This document shows positions 43,327 through 51,917 of a DNA stretch of 64,000 nucleotides, in pieces. The number at the start of each line of letters is the position of its first letter. Position 1 is the stretch's first letter. Origin of the DNA: Gemmatimonadales bacterium. GTDB taxonomy: Bacteria > Gemmatimonadota > Gemmatimonadetes > Gemmatimonadales > GWC2-71-9. A program made the translations under genes and the position numbers. The notes beneath the pieces are model-generated. The model was not told the DNA's origin, did no database searches, and saw nothing but the letters and a program-made list of their open reading frames with translations. The DNA is taken from the NCBI GenBank assembly GCA_036004985.1, contig DASYQX010000073.1, positions 10,713 through 74,712 on the forward strand. Direction: 5' to 3'.

Positions 43327-43908
43327 ATGCGCGCGATCGGAATCGTTGCTCGGTTACAGATTCAACGCTCGACCTTGAAGACGGGCGAGAAGCCCGACCG
43401 CGTCTACGACCCCGCTCCGTTGCTCGCCGTGCCGCGTCTCACGGTCACCGCGGACGGCGTCCTCGGCGCGAGCGCGGATGGCGGCTGGATCGTGGACGTC
43501 CACCATCGCGCCCACCCCCACACCAAGAACGACGACGGACTGCACGGCGTCTCGGTCGGCTTCACGTCGCATTACGTCGCGATGCGCGAGCACTTCGGTG
43601 ACCGGATCGTGGTCGGGTGCGCGGGAGAAAACATCATCGTCGCGGCCGACCGCTCCTACACCTACGACGATGTGGCCGGTGGACTCGCGGTCGTCGGGGC
43701 GGACGGACGGGAGCGCGTCCGCCTGCGCGTGTTGCAGGTCGCGCACCCCTGCCGCCCATTCACCGGCTGGGCGCTCGGCGGCCGCCGGGTCGAGCCGGAC
43801 GTCCTCAAGACCCACCTGCAGTTCCTGGACAGCGGGATGAGGGGGTTTTATTGCGTGGGTGAGGGAGCGGGCGAGGTCGAGATGGGAGATCGATTGGTAC
43901 TGCTGTAG
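43327..43908 (+). CDS. MOSC domain-containing protein
   Basis: Beta-barrel-like sequence with GENIIV and an invariant-type Cys in VAHPCRPF. Confidence 0.6.
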   Translation: MRAIGIVARLQIQRSTLKTGEKPDRVYDPAPLLAVPRLTVTADGVLGASADGGWIVDVHHRAHPHTKNDDGLHGVSVGFTSHYVAMREHFGDRIVVGCAGENIIVAADRSYTYDDVAGGLAVVGADGRERVRLRVLQVAHPCRPFTGWALGGRRVEPDVLKTHLQFLDSGMRGFYCVGEGAGEVEMGDRLVLL

Positions 43909-43920
43909 CGACGGCAAAGC

Positions 43921-43994
43921 GGGAAACGAGAAACGGGAAACGTGTCCCGGCGTGCGGTCACGTTTCCCGTTGTGCGTTTCCCGTTTCCCGTTTC
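43921..43994. repeat. inverted repeat built from GAAACG / CGTTTC words (candidate bidirectional terminator)
   Basis: GGGAAACGAGAAACGGGAAACGTG ... CACGTTTCCCGTTGTGCGTTTCCCGTTTCCCGTTTC. Inner 13-bp perfect stem (43932-43944 / 43959-43971) with a 14-nt loop. Lies between convergent genes. Confidence 0.6.
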
Positions 43995-44376
43995 AGCTCA
44001 GCTCGTCCCACGCTAGTCCCGCCGTCTTGTGGCAACGATCGCATGTCATCTCGTCGATGCGCGCCTCGAAGCCCTGGCGGTGCCGGCAGGTCGGGCAGAC
44101 GGCATAGGTGAGCGGAAAGACGCGGCCCAGCTTCTCGAGCACCCGCGGCTCGCACCGCACGACGGTCCAACGCTCCGGCGGATGGTAGCGGATTTCCAAG
44201 AAGCGGCGGTCCACCGGCACGTTGTGCCGGTTGACGTCCAGCACGACGATGTTGCTCGTGGAAATGCGGACGACGGGATACCAGGCGCCGCGTCGCAGCA
44301 CGTGCGCCCCTGCCGGCCCGACCCGGGCCCAGCCCTTCACCTGCAGGCGGGTGGGCGTGATGGGTTGGAGATCCAT
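43993..44376 (-). CDS. zinc-ribbon protein, unknown family (paralog 2)
   Basis: GWARV...LRRGAWYP...PPERWTVV...TYAVCPTCRHRQ...MTCDRC. ATG 44376 was chosen because TAGACT lies 7 nt upstream. Confidence 0.7.
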   Translation of the reverse strand: MDLQPITPTRLQVKGWARVGPAGAHVLRRGAWYPVVRISTSNIVVLDVNRHNVPVDRRFLEIRYHPPERWTVVRCEPRVLEKLGRVFPLTYAVCPTCRHRQGFEARIDEMTCDRCHKTAGLAWDELS

Positions 44377-44383
44377 GGCCATT

Positions 44384-44389
44384 AGTCTA
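44384..44389 (-). promoter_or_regulatory. putative -10 box TAGACT, 7 nt before ATG 44376
   Basis: Minus strand reads cgcTTAGACTaatggccATG. Confidence 0.35.
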
Positions 44390-44479
44390 AGCGCACCAAG
44401 CGGATAAGGTCGTGACTGCAATCACAAGGCCCCCGGTCAATGCCAGGGGTGGACGGTGCGATTCGGCGGGTGTGGCTGT

Positions 44480-46969
44480 TCAACCACACTCCGAGAACCC
44501 GCACACGTGGCACTTGGCGCAGCCCTCGATAAAGGCGAGTTGCGAGCCGCAATCGGGGCAGGCGCCGATGAAGTCCTGGTCGGGGCCGCGGACTCGCAGG
44601 GCCGCGTCGCCGTCCGAGCCGGTGACGACCTCGCGCGCGGACACGGCGGAGGGGGACGCGCCGGGGGGGGGGGGGCTGAGCAGGTCTTGCTGCACCCCCT
44701 GCTTGTCCCGCATCCATTTCTCGAACGCAATGCCGATCGCGTCGGGGACGGAGAGCACCTTGTTCGGCCCCAGTCCCACGGCGCGGTCCGATGAGATGCC
44801 GCGCAGCTGGCGGTAGATCTCCTTCAGGGGGATGCCGGAGCGGAGCGCGAGGGAGATCAACCGGCCGACGGCCTCCACGTCCGCCATCAGCGCGCCGCCC
44901 GCCTTGCCGAGCGAGATGAAGACCTCGAACGGCTGACCCTTGTCGTCTTCGGTGATCGTTACATACATGGTGCCGAGCGGGGTCTCGACCCGGCGGGTGG
45001 AGCCCTTGAGCAGGTCGGGGCGCGACCGCTTGGCGCGACGCTGCAAGTTCTCGGCTTCCGCCTCGTGGAGCTTGGCGCGTGTGCGCTCGAGCTCGGCTTC
45101 GAGCTCGGCGATGCGTCCCAACGCCTCCGCGAGGCTCGCCTGGCCGGCTCCCCCCCCACCCTGCCCCGCCGCCTGCTCCTGCACCTTCTTGGCGGTGGAG
45201 CCGGTCGAGAGCACCTGCATCTCGCGCGCGCCGTCGCGGTACACCGTGACGCCCTTGCAGCCGAGCGTGTAGGCATAGCGGTAGATCTGCTCGACGGAGT
45301 CCTCCGTGGCGTCGTTCGCGAAGTTGCAGGTCTTGGAGATCGCCGAGTCGGTGAAGTCCTGGAACGCGGCCTGCATCTGGATGTGCCACTCGGGGGTGAC
45401 GTCGTGGGCCGTGACGAACACCCGCTGCCACGCCGCCGGCACGGCCTCGAAATGGATGTGCCCCGCCTCGGCGATCGCTTGCATCAGCGCGTCGGAGTAC
45501 CACCCCTCGCGCTGGGCGATCGCCACGAACGCCTCGTTCACGTCCGGCATCAGCACGCCCGCCTGATTCCGCATGAACGCAACGGCGAACAGCGGCTCGA
45601 TCCCGGAAGAGCACCCGGCGATGATCGAGATGGTGCCCGTGGGCGCCACCGTCGTCAGGTTGCAGTTGCGGAGGCGCCGGAGCGGCCGAACCCGCTCGCC
45701 GCGCGCGTCCCGGGCGCAGGTCGCGTCCGGCCCCCAAATCGAGCGCTCCCATTCCGGGAAGACGCCGCGCTGCTCGGCCAGCTTCTCGGAGGCGACCTTC
45801 GACTCCTCGTCGATGAACGCCATCAGGCGGCGACCCAGCGCCACGCCCTCGTCCGAGTTGTACGGGATCCCCAGCTGCACCAGCAGGTCGGCCCACCCCA
45901 TGATCCCGAGCCCGATGCGACGGATCCGTTTGGCGAGGTCGTCGATCTCCGCGAGCGGATACTTGTTCGCGTCGATGACGTTGTCGAGGAAGTGGGTGCA
46001 CAGGTGCACCGCGGTCCGCAGGCGCTCCCAGTCGACGGCGCCGTCCTTCACGAACAAGCCGACGTTGATCGACCCGAGGTTGCAGACGTCGTAGGGCAGC
46101 AGCGGCTGCTCCCCGCACGGATTGGTCGCCTCGTAGCTGCCGAGGTGCGGCACCGGGTTGTAGTGGTTGGCGCGGTCGATGTAGAAGACGCCCGGTTCCC
46201 CGGTCTTCCAGGCGCCGTGGACGATCTTGCGGAACACGTCGTGGGCGTCGAGCTGGCCCACGACCTTCCCCGTGCGCGGGTGGATCAGGTCGTACGCCGT
46301 CCCCGCCTCCAGCGCCCGCATGAACGCGTCGGTGACCGCGACGGAGATGTTGAAGTTCGTGACCTGCGTGAGGTCGTCCTTGCAGCTGATGAACTCGAGC
46401 ACGTCGGGGTGGTCGACGCGCAGGATGCCCATGTTGGCGCCGCGCCGGGTCCCGCCCTGCTTCACGACGTCGGTCGAGGCGTCGTACAGCTTCATGAACG
46501 AGACGGGGCCGGAGGCGACCCCCATCGTCGAGCGCACCACGTCGTTCTTGGGCCGCAGCCGGGAAAAGGAGAACCCGGTCCCGCCCCCCGACTGATGCAC
46601 CAGGGCCATGGCGCGCAGGGTGTCGTAGATCCCGCTGCGCCCGTTGGACAGGGCGTCCTCGACCGGCAGCACGAAACACGCCGACAACTGTCCCAGCGGG
46701 CGGCCGGCGTTCATGAGGGTCGGCGAGTTCGGCATCCACACCCGAGTGGCCATGAGCTCGAAGAACGTCTCGGCCACGCTCTCGACGGCCCGCTCGGACG
46801 CCCCGTAGGTCCGGTCTGGGGCCGCGATCGTCCGGGCCACGCGCCAGAACAGGTCCTCCGGCGTTTCCGCCGGCTTCCCGTGGTCGTCCTTCACCAGGTA
46901 GCGGCGCTCGAGGACGGTGCGGGCGTTGGCGCTCAGATCAAGCTGGCCTTGCGGGGTGGAAGCAGTCAT
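44480..46969 (-). CDS. nrdJ: adenosylcobalamin-dependent (class II) ribonucleotide reductase
   Basis: NPCGEQPL, TVAPTGTISI, a TSCPD-like insertion (VLSVPDAIG), and a C-terminal CPDCG...CAKCHVCG zinc ribbon. Confidence 0.95.
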   Translation of the reverse strand: MTASTPQGQLDLSANARTVLERRYLVKDDHGKPAETPEDLFWRVARTIAAPDRTYGASERAVESVAETFFELMATRVWMPNSPTLMNAGRPLGQLSACFVLPVEDALSNGRSGIYDTLRAMALVHQSGGGTGFSFSRLRPKNDVVRSTMGVASGPVSFMKLYDASTDVVKQGGTRRGANMGILRVDHPDVLEFISCKDDLTQVTNFNISVAVTDAFMRALEAGTAYDLIHPRTGKVVGQLDAHDVFRKIVHGAWKTGEPGVFYIDRANHYNPVPHLGSYEATNPCGEQPLLPYDVCNLGSINVGLFVKDGAVDWERLRTAVHLCTHFLDNVIDANKYPLAEIDDLAKRIRRIGLGIMGWADLLVQLGIPYNSDEGVALGRRLMAFIDEESKVASEKLAEQRGVFPEWERSIWGPDATCARDARGERVRPLRRLRNCNLTTVAPTGTISIIAGCSSGIEPLFAVAFMRNQAGVLMPDVNEAFVAIAQREGWYSDALMQAIAEAGHIHFEAVPAAWQRVFVTAHDVTPEWHIQMQAAFQDFTDSAISKTCNFANDATEDSVEQIYRYAYTLGCKGVTVYRDGAREMQVLSTGSTAKKVQEQAAGQGGGGAGQASLAEALGRIAELEAELERTRAKLHEAEAENLQRRAKRSRPDLLKGSTRRVETPLGTMYVTITEDDKGQPFEVFISLGKAGGALMADVEAVGRLISLALRSGIPLKEIYRQLRGISSDRAVGLGPNKVLSVPDAIGIAFEKWMRDKQGVQQDLLSPPPPGASPSAVSAREVVTGSDGDAALRVRGPDQDFIGACPDCGSQLAFIEGCAKCHVCGFSECG

Positions 46970-47120
46970 GCTGGCTCGTCCCTCAGCGGTAAGAGCGGGC
47001 TCACGGCTCGATGGTCAATGGTGAAGTTAGCGAGACGCGGAAGGTCAAGGTAGACGCGGCGGAGGGGGCAAGCAAGCCTGCGGGCAACCCGCGCTGCGGC
47101 GCGACCATTGACAATTCACA

Positions 47121-47666
47121 TCACAAACTTGGTTGCGCGGGTGGAAAGACGCCCCCGCGGTGCCGCCCAGCCTCCACTACGTAGTGCTCCCAGGTCGCGC
47201 GAATGCGCGCCCGCAGCGCGTCGTCCACGGGCCGCACCACGCGCGCCGGCACGCCCATCACCAGTGAGCCCGGCGGCACCTCCAGCCCCTCGGGCAGGAC
47301 GGCGCCCGCCGCGACCACGCTGCCTGTGCCCACGCGCACACCGTTCAGCAACACGCTGCCCATCCCGATGAGGCACTCATCCTCCACGGTGCAGCCGTGC
47401 AGGATCACGCGGTGGCCGACGCCGACCCGCGCGCCGATGCGGGCCGGTTGCCCCTCGTCCACGTGCACGATGCTCCCATCCTGGATGTTGCTGGCCTCCC
47501 CGACGACGATCGGCGCCATGTCGCCGCGCAGCACCGCCTGGTACCACACGCTCGCCAGCCGGCCGAGGGTCACGTCTCCGATTACCACCGCGGTCGGCGC
47601 GATGAACGCCGTGGGATCGATGTGCGGGATTACTGTCTCACCGGCGGGAACGGCCACTGCACCCAC
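47121..47666 (-). CDS. gamma-class carbonic anhydrase family (hexapeptide-repeat) protein
   Basis: Left-handed beta-helix repeats with IQDGSIVH.....IG..V.VGH.VILHGC. The 5' end overlaps the kinase gene, so the true start may be internal. Confidence 0.85.
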   Translation of the reverse strand: MGAVAVPAGETVIPHIDPTAFIAPTAVVIGDVTLGRLASVWYQAVLRGDMAPIVVGEASNIQDGSIVHVDEGQPARIGARVGVGHRVILHGCTVEDECLIGMGSVLLNGVRVGTGSVVAAGAVLPEGLEVPPGSLVMGVPARVVRPVDDALRARIRATWEHYVVEAGRHRGGVFPPAQPSL

Positions 47667-49555
47667 GCCTCCACCGGCTCGCCGTTCTTCTGGGCGGGGT
47701 TCCAGCGGAGGTTCCTCGCCATGTCGAGCGCTTCATTATTGAAGGTCTCGACGTTGGAGGGGACGTACACCCGTGCCTCGAGCGTCCCGCCGGAGACGGA
47801 CACCTTGATCAACAGGATCGCCTGGCGTGGGAAGACCGGCGCGTCGGCGGGCACGGGGATCCGCGTCGGCGAGAGCGGCACCGGGCGCGTGTCGAAACAG
47901 AGGTTGTCCTGGTTGTAGGCGGGGCCGAACTGGTCGCAGGGGCCGGCGCCGGGGTCGCGCTGGCTCGAGGCCTGGAGCGCCACCTGGACCGTGCTGGTGT
48001 CACCCGGGGTGATCGCCACCTGGCGGTCGAACGTCTGGTAGCCCGCCACCTGCACGGTCAAGCGGTGGACGCCCGGCGGGAGGTCGAGCTGGGTGCCGCG
48101 CACCTGCTGGCCCCCGATGATGACGCGAGCGCCCTGCGGCACGCCCCGGAGGACGAGCCGCCCGGGGGTGCCGGGCGGCGCGCTGGGGCGGCGCGTGGTG
48201 CGAGGCGTCGTGTCGCGGCGTGCGGAGTCAGCCGCGGCGACGGCGGCCGAGTCGACGCGCGTTGTCGTGTCCGCGGCAATCGTCGTGTCCCGGGCCGCGG
48301 TGCTGTCGGGAGCCCTGGTCCCAGCGGATGCGAAGATGAGTCCCTGCTTGTAGGCGTAGAAGCCCCCACCGCCCAGGACCGATCCCACGATCACGAGCCA
48401 GAGCACGAGCCCCGCCGCCACCGAGCGTTTGGCCGGCTCGCCGACGCCCATGGCCGGCACCGCGCCGGGGGACCCCGGGGGAGGGGGCGGGGCGCGCGTG
48501 CCGGGGGCGCGCGGCACCGGCGTCGTGGGCGCGCTGGCCAGGCGGCCGCCGAGCGACGGCATGGCCATCGTGGCGTCGGTCGTGAAGGTGAGCGACCGTC
48601 CCGCCTCCAGCACCTGGATCAGCTCCTCCGCGGTCTGGAATCGCTGCTCGGGGAGCTTGGCCATCATGCGGCGGATGATCTCGAACAGCTGGCGCTTGTC
48701 CAGGTTGTCGAGCGGCGGGGTGGGCAGCTCCTCCATGATGTGCTTGTAGCCGATCGAGAAGGAGTCCTCGCCGTCGAACGGCACGCCCCCGGTAAGGCAT
48801 TGAAACGCGACGACGCCGAGCGAGTAGATGTCGCTGCGGCCGTCGAGCTGCTGCGCTTTCGCCTGCTCGGGGCTCATGTAATGGGGCGTGCCGATCGACA
48901 TCCCCGTCCCGGTGAGCTTGCCTCCGGTGGCCGCCTTGGCGATGCCGAAATCGGTGACGACCGCGTGCCCGTGCTCGTCGAACATGATGTTGTCGGGCTT
49001 GATATCGCGGTGGACGATGCCGCTCTTGTGGGCGTACGCGAGGGCGCGCGCGACTTCGGCGAGGACGCGCCGGATCTCGGTCGGCGGGAGGGCCCCGCGC
49101 GAGGCGAGCACGCTGGAGAGCGGCTTGCCGCGCAGGAACTTCATGACGAAGTAGATCACCCGGCCGGATTTGCCGACGCGGTAGATCGGAATGATGTTCG
49201 GGTGCTCGAGCCTGGCGGAGGTGCGGGCCTCGCGTTGGAACCGCTCGACGAACTCCTTGTCGAAGGCGAGGGAAAAGGGCAGGACCTTGATCGCCACTTC
49301 GCGGTCGAGCTGTTTTTCGTTGGCCTTGAATACGATGGCCATCCCGCCGCGGCCCAGCTCGTCGAGAATCTCGTACTCTTCCTGGAGCTGCTGCCGCACC
49401 ATCTCGACTTCCGTCACCTCCCGCGCCTCCCCAGTGGCGCCGACCGGGGTCGTCGCCGTCAGGTCTAGGCCGCAGGAGTCACAGAACTTCGCGGTATCCT
49501 TGTTCTGGGTGCCACAGCGGGAGCAGTACAATCCCATCTCCGAGGGAATCGCCAC
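47630..49555 (-). CDS. Ser/Thr kinase: zinc ribbon-kinase-TM-PEGA-TonB_C-like
   Basis: YCSRCG...FCDSCG ribbon, HRDIKPDNIM/DFG/SPEQ, TM (AAGLVLWLVIVGSVLGGGGFYAY), PEGA (LVLRGVPQGARVIIGG...), and a C-terminal TonB_C-like end (ALDMARNLRWNPAQKNGEPVEAWV). Confidence 0.9.
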   Translation of the reverse strand: MAIPSEMGLYCSRCGTQNKDTAKFCDSCGLDLTATTPVGATGEAREVTEVEMVRQQLQEEYEILDELGRGGMAIVFKANEKQLDREVAIKVLPFSLAFDKEFVERFQREARTSARLEHPNIIPIYRVGKSGRVIYFVMKFLRGKPLSSVLASRGALPPTEIRRVLAEVARALAYAHKSGIVHRDIKPDNIMFDEHGHAVVTDFGIAKAATGGKLTGTGMSIGTPHYMSPEQAKAQQLDGRSDIYSLGVVAFQCLTGGVPFDGEDSFSIGYKHIMEELPTPPLDNLDKRQLFEIIRRMMAKLPEQRFQTAEELIQVLEAGRSLTFTTDATMAMPSLGGRLASAPTTPVPRAPGTRAPPPPPGSPGAVPAMGVGEPAKRSVAAGLVLWLVIVGSVLGGGGFYAYKQGLIFASAGTRAPDSTAARDTTIAADTTTRVDSAAVAAADSARRDTTPRTTRRPSAPPGTPGRLVLRGVPQGARVIIGGQQVRGTQLDLPPGVHRLTVQVAGYQTFDRQVAITPGDTSTVQVALQASSQRDPGAGPCDQFGPAYNQDNLCFDTRPVPLSPTRIPVPADAPVFPRQAILLIKVSVSGGTLEARVYVPSNVETFNNEALDMARNLRWNPAQKNGEPVEAWVQWPFPPVRQ

Positions 49556-49588
49556 AACTTAGGCCCCGGTGAGACGGGGGTCAACCGA

Positions 49589-51856
49589 CTAGCGCGCCAC
49601 GACTTGGAAACGGCGCGTCCGGGTGACGCTGCTGCCGCTGCTGGGATCGGTGATGATGACGGTGAGTCGGTAGGTGCCCTTGCCGACGTCGCGCAGTTCC
49701 ACCGCGCGGTGCACGCGGGTCACGGGGCCCTCGGCGGCGGCGTCGAACTCGAGCAGGACCGGCGCGCGATTGCCGCCGAACAGGCCGCGGATCGCACTGA
49801 GCAGCGAGCGTCCGCCCTCGCGCTCGAGGCGCACGACGGTGTGGTAGGGAGCGCCCCGGGGGAGACCGTAGAGCTCGTAATAGAGGTCCGCGCCGCTGCC
49901 CTCCGGAAACCGGTTCAGGGGATTCAAGCGGACGGTGTCGCCCGGCGGCAGCCACACCAGTCCCGACCCCGCGCGGCCCACCACGACATCGCTCACCGCG
50001 AAGCGACGGCCGTCGAGCGCGCTCACGTCGAGCGAGTCGACGCGCACGACGTCGCCCGCCTCGCCGTTCGGCGTGGCGACGAGGAGGCGGTAGCGATACC
50101 GGCCGGGCGGCACGGCCACCGCGAGCCGCCCGGTGAGATACGCGGGATTGCGCAGCGCCTGGCGCGACGCGAACACGCGCAGCGTGTCGAGCCGCGCGAC
50201 GATGCGATCGGCCGAATCGGAGACGACGAGCCGGAAGTGCAGCGGGTAGCGCAGGCCGTCGTCGGCCTGCTCGCCCAGCAGCCGCTCGCCGGGGATCGCG
50301 AACACGACGTGGAGCGTTTGCGCGGCCTCCCCTTCCTGAGGCTCGCCCTCGGCGCCGGCCACGAACTCGCTGGCCACGACGTCGAGGGGAAGCTCGAAGC
50401 GCTGGGCGTAACTGTCGCTGGTGGTGCCGAACCGGATGTTGCGGCGGCCCCGCGCGCGGTCCTGACTGAGCTCGCTGGCGGGCGTGCCGAGGCCGTGGCC
50501 CACGCGCGCGTACAGGGGGCCGAACTCGTCGCGCGACGCGTACAGCTGCGAGACCTCGGGATCGGCGAACGACGTGGCCCGCACGGCGCGGCGGAAGCCG
50601 AGGACGTCGACGAGGCTCTCCACCAACTTGAAGTCCTGCACGTCGCCGCGGGCGGCGAAATGAAAGATCAGATCGCCGCCCTCTCCCTCGCGACGGTAGA
50701 GCCAGCTCTCGTTCGCGGCGCAGCCCTCACCATTGGCCTCCTGGCTCTCCGAGCAGACGAACCGCGCGCGGCGGTCGGGCTCGCCGTGGCGCAGGTAAAT
50801 CACGCCCCGGTCATCGAACTCGGCCTGCCTGGCGCGATAGACCTCGGTGATGTCGTAATGGCGGTGACGGCTGACGAGCCGGAAGCTGCGGCGCGCGTAG
50901 AACCAGCGGCGGTAATGCTCCGCGAGCCGCTCGCCGACCTCGCGCGCCTCGACCACGTCGCGTCGCGTCCAGAACGCGTCGAGCCAGCGCACGCGCGCCG
51001 CTGGATCGGGGAGGGCGTCGAACGCCGCCAGCTCCGCCGAGTCGGCGATCCACGCGAGGTCCGTCCGGTACATCGTCAGCGCCGGTGCCGACGTGGCGGC
51101 GCGCGCACCGGCGAAGTACTCGCGCCAGCCGTCCGCCGGACGTCGGGCGAAGTAATAGGTGCGCGCCACCTCGAGCAGGCCGACGCCGGAATCGCCTCCC
51201 ACGGCGAGGTACCCGCGGAACCCCGCGAGGGCGGAGTCCGCCTCGCCGGCTTCGCGCTCCACCCGGCCGCGCACCAGCTGGACCTGGGCGTTCCGCCCGG
51301 CGGGCGACGCGGCGGCGAGCCGCACCGCGCCGAGCGCGACCTCGAGCCGGGGGCGGATGCGCTGCGTCAACGCGGTGTTCGCGAGGTCCACCACGGCAGA
51401 GGCGAAGCCTGGGTCGGCCTCGGTCGCCCGGGCGAAGGCCTTCGCCGCCTTGGAGAGGTAATCCTTGCCCAGCATCTGGCGCAGGTTCTCGATGGCGAGC
51501 ACTGCGTGCTCGCCGAGGGCGAGCTCCGCGAGGCCCAAGCCGTACCACGGGTAGGGCCACTCCGGCCGCAGCTCCGCCGCCCACTCGAACTCGCCGGCCG
51601 CGTCGTCGTAGTGCGACTTGGCGGCGAGCTCGCCCAGGCGGTAGGCGATGAAGCCGAGACGGAGATGGATGAGGGGATCGCCGCGCCGCTGTTTCGCCAC
51701 GGCGATCGTCGCCGCCTCGAGCCGTCCGAGGGCCACGCTGTCGGCCACGGCGGCGAGCGAGTCGCGCAGCGCCTCCAGCGCCGCGCGGTCGGCGGGGGAT
51801 TGGGCCGCGAGGGGGGCGACGGCCAGAGCGAGAACGGCAAGCACGCAGCGCAGCAT
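49589..51856 (-). CDS. secreted TPR + GWxTD-like domain protein
   Basis: Signal peptide MLRCVLAVLALAVAPLAAQ and N-terminal TPR-like helices. The core DDRGVIYLRHGEPD resembles the GWxTD family. Confidence 0.75.
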   Translation of the reverse strand: MLRCVLAVLALAVAPLAAQSPADRAALEALRDSLAAVADSVALGRLEAATIAVAKQRRGDPLIHLRLGFIAYRLGELAAKSHYDDAAGEFEWAAELRPEWPYPWYGLGLAELALGEHAVLAIENLRQMLGKDYLSKAAKAFARATEADPGFASAVVDLANTALTQRIRPRLEVALGAVRLAAASPAGRNAQVQLVRGRVEREAGEADSALAGFRGYLAVGGDSGVGLLEVARTYYFARRPADGWREYFAGARAATSAPALTMYRTDLAWIADSAELAAFDALPDPAARVRWLDAFWTRRDVVEAREVGERLAEHYRRWFYARRSFRLVSRHRHYDITEVYRARQAEFDDRGVIYLRHGEPDRRARFVCSESQEANGEGCAANESWLYRREGEGGDLIFHFAARGDVQDFKLVESLVDVLGFRRAVRATSFADPEVSQLYASRDEFGPLYARVGHGLGTPASELSQDRARGRRNIRFGTTSDSYAQRFELPLDVVASEFVAGAEGEPQEGEAAQTLHVVFAIPGERLLGEQADDGLRYPLHFRLVVSDSADRIVARLDTLRVFASRQALRNPAYLTGRLAVAVPPGRYRYRLLVATPNGEAGDVVRVDSLDVSALDGRRFAVSDVVVGRAGSGLVWLPPGDTVRLNPLNRFPEGSGADLYYELYGLPRGAPYHTVVRLEREGGRSLLSAIRGLFGGNRAPVLLEFDAAAEGPVTRVHRAVELRDVGKGTYRLTVIITDPSSGSSVTRTRRFQVVAR

Positions 51857-51866
51857 TACCGCTCTC

Positions 51867-51872
51867 ATTATA
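51867..51872 (-). promoter_or_regulatory. perfect TATAAT -10 box, 10 nt before ATG 51856
   Basis: Minus strand reads gcgTATAATgagagcggtaATG. The upstream ATG 51868 overlaps the box itself. Confidence 0.4.
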
Positions 51873-51917
51873 CGCTGCACGGCGCGGCCAGTTCGCGCCG
51901 CCCGCGTTCGCGCTGCG

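Noticed and set aside
44470-44489. Hairpin GTGTGG-N8-CCACAC overlapping the nrdJ stop codon, as a possible terminator.
   Set aside because: It has only a 6-bp stem and no U tract on the transcribed strand.
46970-47120. NrdR boxes or a cobalamin riboswitch upstream of nrdJ.
   Set aside because: There is no 16-bp NrdR-type palindrome pair and no B12-box-like sequence. Only a weak TTGACC/TTCACC promoter-like pair was seen.
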